The notes beneath the pieces are model-generated. The model made no database searches. It worked only from the letters and a program-made list of their open reading frames with translations, and had not been told where the DNA came from. A program made the translations under genes and the position numbers. A stretch of DNA of 36,428 nt, from NCBI GenBank assembly GCA_040752235.1, contig JBFMFJ010000001.1:1-36428 (forward strand), read 5' to 3'. This stretch comes from Candidatus Zixiibacteriota bacterium. Its GTDB lineage: Bacteria > Zixibacteria > MSB-5A5 > GN15 > PGXB01. Below are positions 35,039-36,428 of the stretch, in pieces (the stretch's first letter is position 1; each line of letters begins with the position of its first letter).

Positions 35039-35302
35039 CTAACGAACAATGGCCGGATCAGTCGCTTTTGTAATCAGGCTCTTCCCCATATGCAGATCAT
35101 CCTCCGAGAGTTCGGACTGATAATCCTCAACTATCTTTCTGATCCAAGCAAGCAAGTCAGGGGCCGCGGATATTAGCACAGCATCCTCGGGGCTGAGATT
35201 CCAGTCCTCGTAATCAAGAATGGCGGTGCCGCTGGCATCAGAGAGTACTCCAAAGTCAGTCCATTGCCAGGGACCTTCGGAGTGTTTATTTGTATCTGGC
35301 AT
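35039..35302 (-). CDS. Hypothetical acidic small protein downstream of the AbiEi-like gene
   Basis: 87-aa ORF, 30 nt after the AbiEi-like stop. No nucleotidyltransferase motif. Confidence 0.4.
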   Translation of the reverse strand: MPDTNKHSEGPWQWTDFGVLSDASGTAILDYEDWNLSPEDAVLISAAPDLLAWIRKIVEDYQSELSEDDLHMGKSLITKATDPAIVR

Positions 35303-35332
35303 GTTAAGACCTTTCGTTTTCCGTTTATAGAA

Positions 35333-36157
35333 TCAGTGAATTCTCCATTCAGTCAGATTGGCGGGATTCACGTTAACAATCAAATTCCAGTCGCCGTCTC
35401 GCGTGACGGTCGTTTCCTTATAGCCCGGATCCAACAAGGCAAAATTCGGGGTTTTGTGCTTTAAGAGCTCTTTGCGTGTCCTGGGTTTGTTTAATTCCAG
35501 TATATCCAAAAGATAACCGAGGCGCTTGATTACGGCTCCGTTTTTCAGCTTCAGGGAATAGTTCAATAGCTTTTCATGGTCAAGCTCTTTGCGTCCGTTC
35601 CACAGACCTTTGACCACTTCTACGATTTCGCCGCAATAGCGGGGCTGATCCAGACAGTCGATGATGGCTTTTTCCTTGTCGGCGACTGATACCTTCAAGT
35701 TGCCGACCCAGTGGTCTTCATATCCGAAAAACTTGTTATTTTTGAGCTTGATGAATTTTATCATCATCCCCTGCATTTCCAGGGGTAGCTTGGTCTTCTG
35801 CGTGGCGACAAAAATCGTTTTGGACGGTTGTTCGGTCCAACCGTAAAAAGACAGAGCTGTCCAGTAGCTCAGGTAATATGGCTCAATCAACTGCGAAGCG
35901 ATGACAATACCCTCTTCGGTGTACTGCCCTGCCTTCCAAGCTTCCGGCGGTATCAGCAAATATTTGGCCTTCTCGATGCGCTGGATTTTCTTTTTCTCAG
36001 CCAGTCTATGAATGATCTGTGACGCTTCGGTATTACTGATATTGAGCAACTGCGCGGCTTCGGCTACCGTGAACACTCCAAGCCCTTTGCTGCCGATAGT
36101 AGCAATTAGTTCGGTCTCTTTTGGCCCCAGTCCTGTCATTTTTTTTCGATTAACCAT
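35333..36157 (-). CDS. AbiEi-family (type IV TA antitoxin-like) transcriptional regulator
   Basis: 274-aa ORF. N-terminal wHTH VFTVAEAAQLLNISNTEASQIIHRLAEKKKIQRIEKAKYLLIP. Then PYYLSYWTALSFYGWTEQ and a C-terminal KEKAIIDCLDQPRYCGEIVEV, the pattern I associate with AbiEi_3/4 domains. An alternative start is at 36139. Confidence 0.6.
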   Translation of the reverse strand: MVNRKKMTGLGPKETELIATIGSKGLGVFTVAEAAQLLNISNTEASQIIHRLAEKKKIQRIEKAKYLLIPPEAWKAGQYTEEGIVIASQLIEPYYLSYWTALSFYGWTEQPSKTIFVATQKTKLPLEMQGMMIKFIKLKNNKFFGYEDHWVGNLKVSVADKEKAIIDCLDQPRYCGEIVEVVKGLWNGRKELDHEKLLNYSLKLKNGAVIKRLGYLLDILELNKPRTRKELLKHKTPNFALLDPGYKETTVTRDGDWNLIVNVNPANLTEWRIH

Positions 36158-36278
36158 TATTGCTTCTCATGCAATAATAATAGAACAAATAAATACCGAT
36201 TGTCAAGGAAAAAAATCGCTACTTACTGGATATAGTATTTCTCGAAAGTTTTGTCGTTTAATATTGGGAATGGTGGCT

Positions 36279-36316
36279 CAGACATTCTTGTCTGAGCGCG
36301 CAGACAGGAATGTCTG
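36279..36316. promoter_or_regulatory. Tandem palindromic operator-like site upstream of the AbiEi-like gene
   Basis: CAGACA-ttct-TGTCTG (36279-36294), agcgcg, CAGACA-ggaa-TGTCTG (36301-36316). A TTGACA-18-TATTAT promoter (minus strand, 36206-36177) lies between it and the gene. Confidence 0.5.
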
Positions 36317-36428
36317 CGCTACCACTTATGGGAAATCATAATTTATAATTCGCCATACCAATCGCGACAATAATTTCGAGAACCAATATAGAGAAAAAAC
36401 GGGTTTCGATATGAAAATCCGTTTACAT

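Noticed and set aside
34583-35176. 197-aa plus-strand ORF spanning the Dcm 5' end, the intergenic region and the 87-aa ORF
   Set aside because: It crosses a predicted promoter and a terminator and is antisense to two genes. No motif supports it.
36321-36328. cgctacca as attR of the whole island (it matches the last 8 nt of the tRNA)
   Set aside because: An 8-mer match is expected by chance about once in a window of this size, and the flanking bases do not match the tRNA. The true right end is probably outside the window or unrecognised.

Overview
The window is a bacterial chromosome segment followed by a composite integrated island. The initiator tRNA has a 1:72 mismatch and an A11:U24 pair. 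T9SS sorting, FISUMP and dockerin domains point to an uncultured FCB-superphylum-like organism (inference).

**Positions 1-9.5 kb** look like ordinary host DNA:
- a 1175-aa secreted protein built from three beta-helix/TSP3 modules plus a dockerin
- a GatD-like amidotransferase subunit
- a CoA-acylating aldehyde dehydrogenase
- a SatP/YaaH acetate channel
- a second dockerin protein

**The island.** An initiator tRNA-Met (9574-9650) is overlapped at its 3' end by a tyrosine integrase gene. From there to the end of the window, almost every gene is on the minus strand and looks accessory. The right boundary of the island was not found.
1. A mobilisable module: int, xis, coupling-type ATPase, Replic_Relax, RuvC-like and HTH genes. 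It contains a ~450-nt non-coding element built from nested perfect helices (15707-16155).
2. A FISUMP lipoprotein, a short tyrosine recombinase and a large serine recombinase.
3. An M23/FG-GAP/T9SS protein and an ArdC-like anti-restriction protein.
4. A seven-gene, translationally coupled operon (34780 down to 26523): Dcm, REase, Vsr, HhH-GPD glycosylase, a dual-GHKL protein with a histidine-kinase core, a receiver-like protein with an unassigned effector domain, and a second Dcm.
5. An AbiEi-like regulator with a tandem palindromic operator.

**Best candidates for something undescribed:**
- the kinase-like/receiver-like pair inside the R-M operon
- the ornate non-coding element next to the Replic_Relax and RuvC-like genes

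All family calls rest on motif recognition by eye. No database search was run.
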